From a virus: DNA of 64,000 nucleotides. Where the stretch lies: the IMG/VR virus record IMGVR_UViG_3300030119_000552, positions 11,803-75,802 of that record; one strand, 5' to 3'. Below are positions 1-10,240 of this stretch, one piece after another. A model generated the notes under the pieces. It saw only the letters and a program-made list of their open reading frames with translations, was not told the origin of the DNA and searched no databases. Numbering within the stretch: position 1 is the first letter of the stretch; the number at the start of each line of letters is the position of its first letter. The translations under genes were made by a program, and so were the position numbers.

Positions 1-2
1 TT

Positions 3-593
3 CTTGAAATATATAAAATTGAGAACTTTCTTTCAAATGATGAATGTGATGAACTTGTAAAACTCATAAAATCTAATATGAGAAAATCCCAAGTATCTAT
101 TGCAAGCAAGGCTAAAGGTTACGTCGATGATTCGGTTAGAACAAGTTCTACTTGTAATCTTACAACTTCTTTGTCTAACATAGTGGGTGAAATTGATGAA
201 CGCATATTGTCGTGTATTGGAATTCATTCAAGTAGAGGTGAGGCTATTCAAGGTCAGCACTATGACAAAACACAAGAATTCAAACAACACACCGATACCT
301 TTGCACCAAATTCCGATGAGTATGAATTGCATTGTACGACTACTGGTCAAAGAACATGGACATTCATGATTTACTTAAATGAAACGGAAGAAGGTGGTGA
401 AACCAAATTCAATATAACTAAAACTTCAAATAACGAAGATTTGGTGTTTTCTCCGAAGATGGGTTGTGCAGTTTTATGGAATAACTTGCTTCCAAATGGA
501 ATTCCGAACAAATATTCTTTGCACCAAGGATGTCCAGTAAAAAAAGGTGAGAAAACTATAATCACAAAATGGTTTAGAGAACGAAAACGATAA
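3..593 (+). CDS. 2OG-Fe(II) oxygenase, prolyl 4-hydroxylase-like (5'-truncated by window edge)
   Basis: Frame open from position 3 (LEIYKIENFLSNDECDELV...). HTD iron motif, TFMIYLN-GGET-F, distal H and KTIITKWFR typical of P4Hc. Confidence 0.9.
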   Translation, partial: LEIYKIENFLSNDECDELVKLIKSNMRKSQVSIASKAKGYVDDSVRTSSTCNLTTSLSNIVGEIDERILSCIGIHSSRGEAIQGQHYDKTQEFKQHTDTFAPNSDEYELHCTTTGQRTWTFMIYLNETEEGGETKFNITKTSNNEDLVFSPKMGCAVLWNNLLPNGIPNKYSLHQGCPVKKGEKTIITKWFRERKR

Positions 594-616
594 AATATAT
601 TTATATAAATATTCAT

Positions 617-648
617 AAAAAGACGAGAGTTTTCTCTCGTCTTTTTTT
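617..648. terminator. Intrinsic terminator (symmetric A/T tails)
   Basis: AAAAAGACGAGAG-TTTT-CTCTCGTCTTTTTTT perfect hairpin after the oxygenase gene. Confidence 0.85.
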
Positions 649-673
649 ATAAAAACTACTTTTTATAATATTT

Positions 674-877
674 ATGGACATGAAGAAGTATAACAAAATA
701 GATGTTATAAGAAGAATGGAAGACAGAGCATATCGTCTAAGACACCGAAGGAGTGAAGGATTTGACGATGAATCTTTAGTTTCTGAATGTATTATACAAG
801 AAATAAAATATTTATTTAGAATGCTAGATAAGCAAACTCAGAAAGAAGTATTAAACAAACCATGGCTAGATCAATAA
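674..877 (+). CDS. hypothetical protein
   Basis: 67-aa ORF overlapping the start of the next gene. Confidence 0.6.
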   Translation: MDMKKYNKIDVIRRMEDRAYRLRHRRSEGFDDESLVSECIIQEIKYLFRMLDKQTQKEVLNKPWLDQ

Positions 878-1560
878 ATTACGTATTTGATGTTGACGGA
901 ACTCTTACTCCCAGTAGATTAAGAATGGATAACGAGTTTAGAAAGTTTTTTAGAAACTGGATAAAAGACAAAAATGTTTACCTTTTAACTGGTTCAGACC
1001 ACGATAAAACAATAGAACAGGTAGGTGTAGATGTTTGGAGAGAAGTAACCGAGTCGCACCAATGTGGTGGTAATGTAGTATATAGACAAGGTGATTTAAT
1101 TGAAGTTAGTAAGTGGCAACCAAGTAAAAGTTTAATTGATACTTGTCAAAATCTGATTGATATTAGTAAATATCCTGTTAAAGCAGGTAATCACATAGAA
1201 GAACGTGTGGGTCTTCTTAATATTAGTGTAGTTGGTAGAAATTGTACACAAGAACAACGAATTGCCTACAATGAATGGGACAATTTGAATCGTGAACGTG
1301 AGTTTATATGTAAATCACTTACAACCATGTTTCCCGAATTAGAAGCAACTGCTGGTGGTCAAATAAGTATAGACATACATGAGTATGGAAAAAACAAATC
1401 TCAAATACGAAGAAAACTTGATGGTGTAATTTATTTCTTTGGAGATAAAACTGAGAAAGGTGGTAACGATTATCCAATTGCAAGTATACTAGAAGAACCA
1501 GACAAAGTATTCCAAGTAGATGATTGGGAGCATACATATAAGCTTTTAAAGGAAATTTAA
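862..1560 (+). CDS. Phosphomannomutase, HAD-IIB (eukaryotic PMM-like)
   Basis: FDVDGTLT, TGSD, GRNC, GGQISID, FFGDK-GGNDY motifs of the PMM family. Confidence 0.85.
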   Translation: MARSINYVFDVDGTLTPSRLRMDNEFRKFFRNWIKDKNVYLLTGSDHDKTIEQVGVDVWREVTESHQCGGNVVYRQGDLIEVSKWQPSKSLIDTCQNLIDISKYPVKAGNHIEERVGLLNISVVGRNCTQEQRIAYNEWDNLNREREFICKSLTTMFPELEATAGGQISIDIHEYGKNKSQIRRKLDGVIYFFGDKTEKGGNDYPIASILEEPDKVFQVDDWEHTYKLLKEI

Positions 1561-1562
1561 TT

Positions 1563-2012
1563 ATGGCAGAAAAACTTATTAAAGGATTTACTTGTGGAGC
1601 AATGGACGTATTTCATGCGGGTCATGTGCTTATGATGGAAGATTGTAAACGTCATTGTGATTATTTAATTGTAGGTCTTCATACAAATCCTCAATTAGAT
1701 CGTGCAGAAAAAAACAAACCAATTCAATCGGTTGTAGAAAGATATATACAACTTCGTGGAAGTAAGTTTGTTGATGAAATTATTCCATACGAAACCGAAT
1801 CGGACTTGATTGAGATACTAAAAGGAATTGATTACGATATTAGGTTTGTAGGTGACGATTGGAAAGATAAACCATTCACTGGACATGATTTACCTGGACA
1901 TCTTGATAAGGTAATGTATAATTCTCGTAAGCACGATTATAGTAGTTCTGCACTAAGACATAGAGTTGCTGAAGGTGAATTGAGAGAAAAGAAGTCTAAA
2001 AACAACAAGTAA
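1563..2012 (+). CDS. tagD: Glycerol-3-phosphate cytidylyltransferase-like
   Basis: GAMDVFHAGH (HxGH), LIVGL, VDEIIPY, GDDW, YSSS-LR. Confidence 0.8.
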   Translation: MAEKLIKGFTCGAMDVFHAGHVLMMEDCKRHCDYLIVGLHTNPQLDRAEKNKPIQSVVERYIQLRGSKFVDEIIPYETESDLIEILKGIDYDIRFVGDDWKDKPFTGHDLPGHLDKVMYNSRKHDYSSSALRHRVAEGELREKKSKNNK

Positions 2013-2077
2013 TAAACAATATATATTATACTTAATAATAACAAGGGTTATGTCAACTTCCTACAAGGAGATTGGTG

Positions 2078-2542
2078 ATGAGTCTTGTTATATTTATATG
2101 TCCAGAAAATCAGTATCTATCAAAGTATTGTGAAGCATTTTACAATTATATAAACTTTGGTTACATTAAAACACACTCATGGGCAAACCAATCTGGATCA
2201 TATGTATCACGCAAACGAGTTGCGATGTGTAGACTTCCAATGAAGAAAAACATTCCATCTAAAACTCAAATGAAAGCAAATGATGTTACACTTGAGAGAA
2301 TTTATAGAAAAGTTATAAGCAACGATTGTTATGATCACTCGTACTATAAGTTAGAAGAACAAGAATTAGAGGACAATGCAGTTGTTGTGTTTTTAACTGA
2401 CAATCGTAACCCTCAGAGTGTTCCCTCGTATTTAAGCAAAACTGATGTTATAGTTTGGAAGATGTCAAAAATAAATAATATAACCAATTCAAAATGGGAG
2501 TTGATTGAGAAACTGATAAGGAAAATGCTCAAGAAGGATTAG
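2078..2542 (+). CDS. hypothetical protein
   Basis: ORF; AAGGAG at 2065-2070 favours a start at 2075/2078. Confidence 0.55.
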   Translation: MSLVIFICPENQYLSKYCEAFYNYINFGYIKTHSWANQSGSYVSRKRVAMCRLPMKKNIPSKTQMKANDVTLERIYRKVISNDCYDHSYYKLEEQELEDNAVVVFLTDNRNPQSVPSYLSKTDVIVWKMSKINNITNSKWELIEKLIRKMLKKD

Positions 2543-2894
2543 ATGGTGTATATACTATTCTGTGTATACCTTCTATTTCCTTTCCCTTACCATCCAACTT
2601 CACAGTCTTGTCAGATATTCTTGCAACTTGTTTTATTTCAGTTGAACCTAATTCTTCTAGTTTTGTTTTTAGTGCTTGAGCAGGATTAATTGGATTTTCT
2701 CCACGGGCTGCTTTTCTTTTGCTGAGTGATTCGTTATGCTTTTTTGAAGTTTCATCTGCTGAAAAGTAGACTACTTCTTCTGCCAAGTCGTTAATTTTGT
2801 CTTCAAATATTGGCTCGGCAATTACGTGTGTAATTCCATTGTCTTTGAGATACTTTGCCAATCCCTCTTTTGTAAAGTAATGCATGATGTTCAT
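2529..2894 (-). CDS. hypothetical protein
   Basis: 121-aa ORF downstream of the 900-aa gene. Confidence 0.65.
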   Translation of the reverse strand: MNIMHYFTKEGLAKYLKDNGITHVIAEPIFEDKINDLAEEVVYFSADETSKKHNESLSKRKAARGENPINPAQALKTKLEELGSTEIKQVARISDKTVKLDGKGKEIEGIHRIVYTPSNPS

Positions 2895-2918
2895 GCGAAT
2901 ATATATGTATGTATTTTT

Positions 2919-5621
2919 CTAATCGTACAAATTGCCTACGATTTCACCAAAATTTCTCATAATAATACCAGCACAAGCATTTGCTTCGTTCTCAATGTCA
3001 CTTCCTGTTTGTCCACTATCCACTTCAAGAACACCTAATTCGTTTTGCTTTTGATGAACTAGTTCGTGTGCAATGCTTCTGCATATATCTGCATATGCTC
3101 TGCCTTTTGTATATATAGAAATCTCATTTGTGTTTGGGTCATAGCAAGCAGCCGTCATATTCTCATGTCTTTTTTCCAAAAGTTTTACCGATACCTTTTC
3201 TTTTAATTGCAATGCGTTTTTTGCAAACTTGATAAACTCATGAACATTGTCTTTGTTCATTGCGACTTCGTTTAATGCTTCTTTTATATATTTCATATCT
3301 GGATGTTTGGTATCTGAATTGTTTTTGGAAATTATTTTGTTGTTAGAAAAGGATTCCGCAGGAATATCATTGCCAAGATACATTGCTTTGAATTCCTTGA
3401 ACCATTGTTCAAATGTAAAGTCTCCGATTCGCAATCCATAGTCGTGGATAGTTTGTTCTTTAAAGTGATTTGCAACTCCACCTATAAAGTGATAATAACT
3501 TCCACTTTTTTGTACTTTGACATTTGGAAATCCTTTGTCTTTTAACATTTTGGAAACTTGTGCACCTGATTTAGGTGATGACTTCATATTGATTTCTTGT
3601 ATCTTCATTTCGTTTATATTTGCTCCACCTGTTCTAACAATTTCACGAAAGAACCAACGAGTCCACTCTCCGAGTTTACCGGGTCCTCTCACTATATATA
3701 GTTTAAATGCTTCTGCAAATGCTTCCTCTGCATTTGTATTTCCGTAACTTGTGATGTGTTCTATTGGTATTTCTTTACCGGGACCAACCCAACGATCACT
3801 TAACTTTGTTGCAACTTCTTCTCTGTTGTATGTTGAATAAACTGGTGTCATTTGTAATGCCTTGAACTTTGCTTTGGTCTCGGCGTTGGTTTCTTTTTTA
3901 TCAATGACTTTTAATCCTGCTTTTCTTTTGTAAAGTCTTTCTCCGTGTTTATTAAAATACTTTTTAACATACTCATCAACATCTTCAAAATCTATTGCTA
4001 CCTTTTTGCTTTTGATTGTATCTTGCCAATGTTTCTTTGCGTTAGATGGAAGTTCACGATACCAAAAACGATGACCGAGTTCATGTGTGAACGTATCTTG
4101 TGTCATTCCTGCTCCGTATAACTTGAGCATATCTTTGTTCATATAATACTCACCGCTTACCATATCTCCACCTTCACCCGTTAATCCGAAATCGATATCT
4201 ACGGTCAATCCTTCTATGCATTTTCCAAATCCTGCTTTTTGGATTTTCTTTGACCAACTTTTGATTCCATCTACAAGTTGCTTGAAACTTCTTTCACGAC
4301 TTGCTTCTCCTTGTTCACTTCCACCTTTTCTTTTGAAGTTATGAATAACCAACTTGACTGGTCCTATTTGTGCTTGCTCAATTGGTTTTTCTCGTTCTTG
4401 GTCACCATTAATTGCAATGTACTGAAGAAGTGCGTTTATACCTTCACGAAACGCCGCACGATACCTTCTAATATTTTTTTCTCGTTCTCTTGCAAGTATT
4501 TGTGGACTTACACGATGTTTTTTAGTTTGAAAGTCCCACATCTCTGGAAAGTTACCACCAAGACTTGTAACTGCTCTCCAGCATTTTTCACGAACTTCTT
4601 TTTCTTCCCAAGTTTCAACTCTTTCTTTTGAACCAATCCATTTGTATTGTAAAAAGAATTTGTAAACCCAATCTTCAAAGTTTTGCTGAAATGTACCAAA
4701 TGCTCTTCTTACTTTTTTAAAGTCTTTGATTGTTTGTGGGTCTTCACTATTATCACCGATTTGCTTATATGCTTTAGTAAGAACTCTTAAATCCTTCGAC
4801 CACTTTTTAATAGAGTTAGTATCAACCTTAATTGTGTCTTCCGAAATGATTTCCGATAGATTCCCTTTTTGTATATACATATATAAATTTGCCAATCGTT
4901 TTTTAAATTTCTTTAAATACTTTTTGTCGATATATGTTAGAAAGTCACGATCAAAGAATTGTACATCTATTACCCACGATTGAAATGCTTTGTAACTCTC
5001 CAAACGTTTCTTTTTAAAGTCATCTGGTAGATTTTTCCACATACGAACAATCTGATTTTGTCCTTCTTGGTAGTATGCATTAAATTCTTCAGGTGTATTG
5101 TAGTATCCTTCTATATCTTGTGTATCTAAGTACTTGGCACTTGTTTTGCTTAAACCACGACTACGATACCTTAAATGATCAAGAAAGTGTATATATTCGT
5201 GAATGAATGTATCCTTATCAAGACGAGTATCCATATACTTGCCATTATAATCACCAATTAGATTTGCATTTACAATTACACCTTTAAATGATATTCCACC
5301 GACTTTCAAACTTTTGTTTGTAAAACCACCGGCGATTGTTACTCCACCACGTGATGTACTTTTTGTTGGAATGAAAAATAATACCACTTCACTTAAAGAC
5401 GGAAAGTTTTTGTCTATGTCTGTTCCTCTAAGAGCAACACCTTTCCATTGTGTAAGTGGAATGAAAGGTTTATTTACTATACTATTCTCACCTTCACCTT
5501 CTAATTTATCTTTATGTTTAGTTAAAAACCGTACCACTTTATCATATGCTTTTTCGGCAATACCTGTATAATATAGGTCATTCTCTATATTTGCTTCTTT
5601 AATGTGGGTACTATTCATCAT
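2919..5621 (-). CDS. Large multidomain protein with three zincin-like HExxH metallopeptidase motifs (polyvalent/internal virion protein candidate)
   Basis: HEYIH..EEFNAY, HELGH..NAEEAFAEAF, HELVH..ENEANA. ATATTTAT motif upstream; start may be 5618. Confidence 0.7.
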   Translation of the reverse strand: MMNSTHIKEANIENDLYYTGIAEKAYDKVVRFLTKHKDKLEGEGENSIVNKPFIPLTQWKGVALRGTDIDKNFPSLSEVVLFFIPTKSTSRGGVTIAGGFTNKSLKVGGISFKGVIVNANLIGDYNGKYMDTRLDKDTFIHEYIHFLDHLRYRSRGLSKTSAKYLDTQDIEGYYNTPEEFNAYYQEGQNQIVRMWKNLPDDFKKKRLESYKAFQSWVIDVQFFDRDFLTYIDKKYLKKFKKRLANLYMYIQKGNLSEIISEDTIKVDTNSIKKWSKDLRVLTKAYKQIGDNSEDPQTIKDFKKVRRAFGTFQQNFEDWVYKFFLQYKWIGSKERVETWEEKEVREKCWRAVTSLGGNFPEMWDFQTKKHRVSPQILAREREKNIRRYRAAFREGINALLQYIAINGDQEREKPIEQAQIGPVKLVIHNFKRKGGSEQGEASRERSFKQLVDGIKSWSKKIQKAGFGKCIEGLTVDIDFGLTGEGGDMVSGEYYMNKDMLKLYGAGMTQDTFTHELGHRFWYRELPSNAKKHWQDTIKSKKVAIDFEDVDEYVKKYFNKHGERLYKRKAGLKVIDKKETNAETKAKFKALQMTPVYSTYNREEVATKLSDRWVGPGKEIPIEHITSYGNTNAEEAFAEAFKLYIVRGPGKLGEWTRWFFREIVRTGGANINEMKIQEINMKSSPKSGAQVSKMLKDKGFPNVKVQKSGSYYHFIGGVANHFKEQTIHDYGLRIGDFTFEQWFKEFKAMYLGNDIPAESFSNNKIISKNNSDTKHPDMKYIKEALNEVAMNKDNVHEFIKFAKNALQLKEKVSVKLLEKRHENMTAACYDPNTNEISIYTKGRAYADICRSIAHELVHQKQNELGVLEVDSGQTGSDIENEANACAGIIMRNFGEIVGNLYD

Positions 5622-5647
5622 CTATAAATATATACATTCTTATTAAA

Positions 5648-5676
5648 TTGACTATTTTAAGTGTGTATGTAATACT
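5648..5676 (+). promoter_or_regulatory. sigma70-like promoter
   Basis: TTGACT-17-AATACT, 6 nt before ATG 5683. Confidence 0.55.
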
Positions 5677-5682
5677 ATCATA

Positions 5683-6699
5683 ATGTCTGTTGATACTAAA
5701 CCTTTTTTTGAAGATATTACGATACCTTATCTTAATTCAATTGTTAATGGTGATTGTTATGAACTTTGTAAAGAACTTCCACCAAATTCCATTGATTGTG
5801 TCATTACGTCACCACCGTATTTTCAGCAAAGAGATTATGGAAGTAGTGTTGGTGAAGAGGAAACAATAGACGAATATATATACTCGTTAACCAAGGTTGT
5901 AAAAGAACTCGTAAGAGTTGTTAAACCAACAGGTAGTATTCTATATAATATCGGAGACAAGTATTTGCCCAACGATGGACTTCAACTTATTCCATATAAG
6001 TTTGCGGAACACATTAAAAATGAACTTAATTTATATTTGGTGAATGTTATTCAATGGCATAAAACGAACCCAACTCCTCATCAATGTAAAACAAGACTTG
6101 TTAATTCTACCGAACCTTTTTTTCACTTTGCATTAGAAAAAGGTTATTACTACAACAAAGATGAATATGAAAAAACTGATATTGATTTAAGTTGCAATCG
6201 GTCTGATACAAAAGGGCTAAAATATCTTGATATGCTGAGTGAATCTGATTTATCTAATTCTGAAAAGATATATGCTGAACAAGAAATCAATAAAGTTATC
6301 AATGAATATAGACAAGGTGAATTATACGACTTTCGTATAAAGATTCGTGGTGTTCATGCACCTGCTTATGGTGGTCAGCAAGGTGGAAGAACAAATCAAT
6401 TAAGAAACCAAGGATTCACCATTATTCGTATGCACGGACAAAAAATGAAAACAGATGTATTGAGTCACGCAGTTGGTAATCATAAAAATACAAATCATTC
6501 TGCGATGTATCCAAGTTCTTTGATTGAAAGAATCATTCCGTTGGTATGTCCTGAAAATGGTATTGTTATTGATCCTTATATGGGAAGTGGTAGTACGGCA
6601 ATTGCTTCTCAAAATCTAAATAGAAACTTTATTGGATTTGAACTTAACTCGGAGTACTGTGTGTTAGCCAATAATCGAATAAAAAAGAACCAACCCTAA
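5683..6699 (+). CDS. DNA methyltransferase, N4-C/N6-A beta class
   Basis: ITSPPY (motif IV) precedes HSAMYP and IDPYMGSGST (motif I). Confidence 0.92.
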   Translation: MSVDTKPFFEDITIPYLNSIVNGDCYELCKELPPNSIDCVITSPPYFQQRDYGSSVGEEETIDEYIYSLTKVVKELVRVVKPTGSILYNIGDKYLPNDGLQLIPYKFAEHIKNELNLYLVNVIQWHKTNPTPHQCKTRLVNSTEPFFHFALEKGYYYNKDEYEKTDIDLSCNRSDTKGLKYLDMLSESDLSNSEKIYAEQEINKVINEYRQGELYDFRIKIRGVHAPAYGGQQGGRTNQLRNQGFTIIRMHGQKMKTDVLSHAVGNHKNTNHSAMYPSSLIERIIPLVCPENGIVIDPYMGSGSTAIASQNLNRNFIGFELNSEYCVLANNRIKKNQP

Positions 6700-6711
6700 G
6701 ATTGGTTCTTT
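6684..6711. terminator. Bidirectional terminator between convergent genes
   Basis: AAAGAACCAA-8nt-TTGGTTCTTT. Confidence 0.6.
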
Positions 6712-6729
6712 AGAAGACTCTTTAAAGAA

Positions 6730-7686
6730 TTAAAGTGTCTGAACTATTTGTGCGATTGTAGATGCAAAGGTAATTTCCTTATCAACCACCAAACTATCGT
6801 GATAGGTTTGTTGGTCAAGAAGAATTACAATACTTGCACTTTTGCCCGATGCGTATTCATCTACATTATCAAACAAAAACTTATATACATCGGTGAAGTC
6901 GTTTATTTGCTCATCGGCAATTAGTTGTCGTGCATCTTTCCATGCAGTTTTTTTATCTTTGGATGCAGTTTTTAGAATGTCCAACAATTTTAGTTTATAG
7001 TCACCTTCAATAAGATCATCTTTGACAATCTCAAGTGTACCCTTAATACTATTTTGTTGTGCATTGTTGATTACCTTACGGATGTCTGGATAACCTTTAT
7101 TGACAAGCAATGCAATATCATCAGGTTGTGCTTTAACAGATTCCTTTGCAAGAATCTTTGCAAGATGAACTGCAACATCTTTACGATTGGGAGGAACGAT
7201 GTTGAATGTTTGGCAACGACTGACAATCGGTTCAATTATTTTTTCGTGGTAATTACAAGTAAGAATAAAACGAGTAGTAGCACTGAACTGCTCCATAAGA
7301 TTTCTTAAAGCAGCCTGTGCATTACCTGTAAGAAAGTCACACTCATCAAGTAGAATAATCTTGAGGTCATTGAAACCCATACTACTTGCGAAAGACTTAA
7401 TCTTTGTACGAACGGTATCTACATTGTTTTCGTCACTTGCGTTGATGTACAAATAATCACACGGAACTTGTTTGGTAATCAACTTACCTAAAGTTGTTTT
7501 ACCCGTACCTGCTTTGCCATACAAAAGCAAATGAGGAATATCTTTAGTTTCAATCCAAGATGCTACTCGTTTCTTAAGAGGTTCGTTCCCAATATAATCG
7601 GGTAAGTCTTTGGGTCTGTATTTTTCAACCCAAAGACTATTTTCCGATTCAACTGGAGACTGCGATGTTTCCTCTAAGAAATTCAT
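6730..7686 (-). CDS. Clamp loader AAA+ subunit (RFC-small/gp44-like)
   Basis: LWVEKYRP, GKAGTGKT, NASD, LDECD, SRC. Confidence 0.95.
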   Translation of the reverse strand: MNFLEETSQSPVESENSLWVEKYRPKDLPDYIGNEPLKKRVASWIETKDIPHLLLYGKAGTGKTTLGKLITKQVPCDYLYINASDENNVDTVRTKIKSFASSMGFNDLKIILLDECDFLTGNAQAALRNLMEQFSATTRFILTCNYHEKIIEPIVSRCQTFNIVPPNRKDVAVHLAKILAKESVKAQPDDIALLVNKGYPDIRKVINNAQQNSIKGTLEIVKDDLIEGDYKLKLLDILKTASKDKKTAWKDARQLIADEQINDFTDVYKFLFDNVDEYASGKSASIVILLDQQTYHDSLVVDKEITFASTIAQIVQTL

Positions 7687-8411
7687 TAATCGGTTGTTTG
7701 AACTTCAACCAAATAATAACTGCTACGAAAGTCACCCACTTCAAACTCAATGCTCGCAATTCCCTTGGAACTTACATTCAACACACTCTTTTCAGAGTCA
7801 CTGTTGGCATTTAGAATTTCCTTAAGATACTTTGCGGAAAAACTTATGGGATCATCAAGTGTTCCCTTACCTTCATTGATGGCACTAAGAGATACACGAT
7901 TGCTATTGATTGTAGAATAACCAATTACCAGTTGAATGCCGTCTTTATTAGGCACAATGGTAAATGTGTCACAATCACTCAACGCACTTGCTGAACGAAC
8001 GAACTTCTTTGCAAAGTCGTTGCTAAAAGGAATTTGCAAATCAAATTCTGGCAAATCCTTTAGAGCAGGAACATTGGGGATTACTGCTAAGTCAGCAAGC
8101 ATGAAGTTGACGCTAGTCGTGTCATCCGACACACCAATACTAACATTCTTTTCGTTCTTTTCAACGACTTCAACATTAATATCGTCACCAACAACAGACA
8201 GTAACTGCTTTAACTTTGCAGTATCATAAACTCCTACTTCACCTTCTCCCAGTTCAAAATCCTTTACAGATACTTGACCAAGAACACTCTTGTCATCAGT
8301 GATAAAGGTGGTTTCGCATACGTTGTCTCCGTTGGTTTCCCACTTAACTGCTTCTACGTTACCATTAAGATTGTAACGTGAAATGAATTGTAGTACTTTT
8401 TCTTTTTTCAT
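7686..8411 (-). CDS. DNA sliding clamp (gp45/PCNA-like)
   Basis: 241 aa, acidic, adjacent to clamp loader; GVYD...L and VSSKGIA...YYLV pattern. Confidence 0.8.
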   Translation of the reverse strand: MKKEKVLQFISRYNLNGNVEAVKWETNGDNVCETTFITDDKSVLGQVSVKDFELGEGEVGVYDTAKLKQLLSVVGDDINVEVVEKNEKNVSIGVSDDTTSVNFMLADLAVIPNVPALKDLPEFDLQIPFSNDFAKKFVRSASALSDCDTFTIVPNKDGIQLVIGYSTINSNRVSLSAINEGKGTLDDPISFSAKYLKEILNANSDSEKSVLNVSSKGIASIEFEVGDFRSSYYLVEVQTTD

Positions 8412-8418
8412 AATTTAT

Positions 8419-8447
8419 ATAATAGTTTTTTTTGGTTTGCTTGTCAA
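8419..8447 (-). promoter_or_regulatory. sigma70-like promoter (leaderless)
   Basis: TTGACA-17-TATTAT, 7 nt before ATG 8411. Confidence 0.75.
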
Positions 8448-8451
8448 CAAA

Positions 8452-8709
8452 TTAATCATCTGTTTCTTCAGAAGTTTTGATTGTTTCGTAACTATACCCA
8501 TCTGTGTTGTTTGCACATTTCATTACTAATTCATGTACATAATGATTCAAGTCTTCCACAGAAATCGTAGATACATTTTTTTCTTTCTTTATCATGTCAA
8601 TAAATTCATCATTGACTTCAAAAGTAAGTTCTGACTTGCCTTCTTCATCTGGTTCTACACTTAATACTTTAATGTGTGGTGTTTTATTTTCCGAGGTCGA
8701 TTTTTCCAT
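8452..8709 (-). CDS. hypothetical protein
   Basis: 85-aa ORF in the minus-strand run. Confidence 0.6.
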   Translation of the reverse strand: MEKSTSENKTPHIKVLSVEPDEEGKSELTFEVNDEFIDMIKKEKNVSTISVEDLNHYVHELVMKCANNTDGYSYETIKTSEETDD

Positions 8710-9070
8710 CTGTAACCATGCTCCTTAGTTGTGTGGGTAGTAATTTTATTTCTTTGTTCTTTGTATTTTTTAGTACAAGGTGATGACTATGAGTTTTTGC
8801 TTCCATGAAACTTTCAACATCAAAGAAATGAATGTCATCCAAGTAAGAAACTTCAAGTATTCGTTCACCTGGTTTCATGCTATTAATAGGATATAATATA
8901 TGTTCGTACATATGATTGTTTATCATGATAACATGGCAATTCATAAACGCAGAATACAACTTATAAAATCTTTTTTCTCGTTGAACTTCGTATATAGAGC
9001 CCATAGGTGGATTATACCTTTTGGGTTTATCGTATTCTTCTTCTATGTCAAATAAGTCTTCGTAAAACAT
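8684..9070 (-). CDS. hypothetical protein
   Basis: 128-aa ORF. Confidence 0.6.
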   Translation of the reverse strand: MFYEDLFDIEEEYDKPKRYNPPMGSIYEVQREKRFYKLYSAFMNCHVIMINNHMYEHILYPINSMKPGERILEVSYLDDIHFFDVESFMEAKTHSHHLVLKNTKNKEIKLLPTQLRSMVTDGKIDLGK

Positions 9071-9110
9071 ATGTATATATTATAGTATATATGTATATAA
9101 AAATCAACTA

Positions 9111-10229
9111 CTATTTTAGTAATTCATCTGGATTGAGTGGTATCAAATCACTCACCACAAACTCACCATCCTTACGAATAAGTTCATCGTCAAAGTAAAT
9201 TTCACCTCCACCATAATCTGGTCGTTGAATCTTCACCATATCCCAATGAACCTGTGAATCGTTTCCGTTGCTTGCATCGTCATAACATTGACCAGGTGTA
9301 AAGTGAAAACTTCCACCAATCTTTTCATCAAACAAAATGTCACGCATTGGGTGGACAACATAAGGATTAAATCCAATAGCAAACTCACCAATGTATCTTG
9401 CTCCGTCATCACTATCAAGAATCTCGTTTAGTGCTTCAGTGCTTGCATCATTATTTGCAGTTGCATTAATAATCTTTCCACTCTTGAATTCCAACCTAAT
9501 TCCGTCAAAGTCGCAACCACGATAAATTGTCGGAGCATTAAACTGAATGTGTCCTTCAACACTATTCTTTATAGGACAACTAAAAACTTCTCCGTCTGGA
9601 ATATTATGTGTACCACCACAAGCAACTGCGTTGATATCTTTGATGGAGAAACGCAAATCGGTGTCATCACCTTTGATGTGAACCTTGTCCGCGTTCTGCA
9701 TTCTTTTTTGTAGGTTGGTCATTCCAGGATTAAACTTGGCATAATCAAATGTACATACATCAAAGTAAAAGTTCTCAAATGCTTCGGTACTCATATTTGC
9801 TTGTTGTGCCATAGCAGGATGTGGCCATCTTAAAATACACCACTTGGTTTTGTTTACACGATAATCAAGATATGGTTTAGTAATCTTAGACATCATTGTT
9901 TTAATATCTGGATCAACATCACTTGTTTCGTATATATTATGAGAACCTGCGATAGCAATGTAAGCATCCATTTCTTGAATCTTGGGCATACTAAACTTCA
10001 TAAAAATTTCCATTTGCTCTTTGGTTGCGTGAAGCATAATTTCACGACCTATACGACTCTGTGATGTTTGTACAAAAGGTATTCCTTCGTATTCACGAAC
10101 TGCACGAACGAGTGCAATTGTCATATTTTCCGGCACTTCTGTGTTGTCTATTAATACCTTTTCTCCTTTCTGTAAAGACACACTATGTCTTACAAGAAGA
10201 TCTGCTAGTTTTGTATAATTTTGTTCCAT
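9111..10229 (-). CDS. Aminopeptidase, peptidase M29 (AmpS/aminopeptidase T family)
   Basis: [12 protein letters not shown]-like [35 protein letters not shown]. Confidence 0.93.
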   Translation of the reverse strand: MEQNYTKLADLLVRHSVSLQKGEKVLIDNTEVPENMTIALVRAVREYEGIPFVQTSQSRIGREIMLHATKEQMEIFMKFSMPKIQEMDAYIAIAGSHNIYETSDVDPDIKTMMSKITKPYLDYRVNKTKWCILRWPHPAMAQQANMSTEAFENFYFDVCTFDYAKFNPGMTNLQKRMQNADKVHIKGDDTDLRFSIKDINAVACGGTHNIPDGEVFSCPIKNSVEGHIQFNAPTIYRGCDFDGIRLEFKSGKIINATANNDASTEALNEILDSDDGARYIGEFAIGFNPYVVHPMRDILFDEKIGGSFHFTPGQCYDDASNGNDSQVHWDMVKIQRPDYGGGEIYFDDELIRKDGEFVVSDLIPLNPDELLK

Positions 10230-10240
10230 AGTTTTCTTTA

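Noticed and set aside
2050-2133. Possible frameshifted N-terminus (ATG 2050) of the 2072 ORF at a TA-rich tract
   Set aside because: An SD-supported start at 2075/2078 explains the gene without a frameshift.
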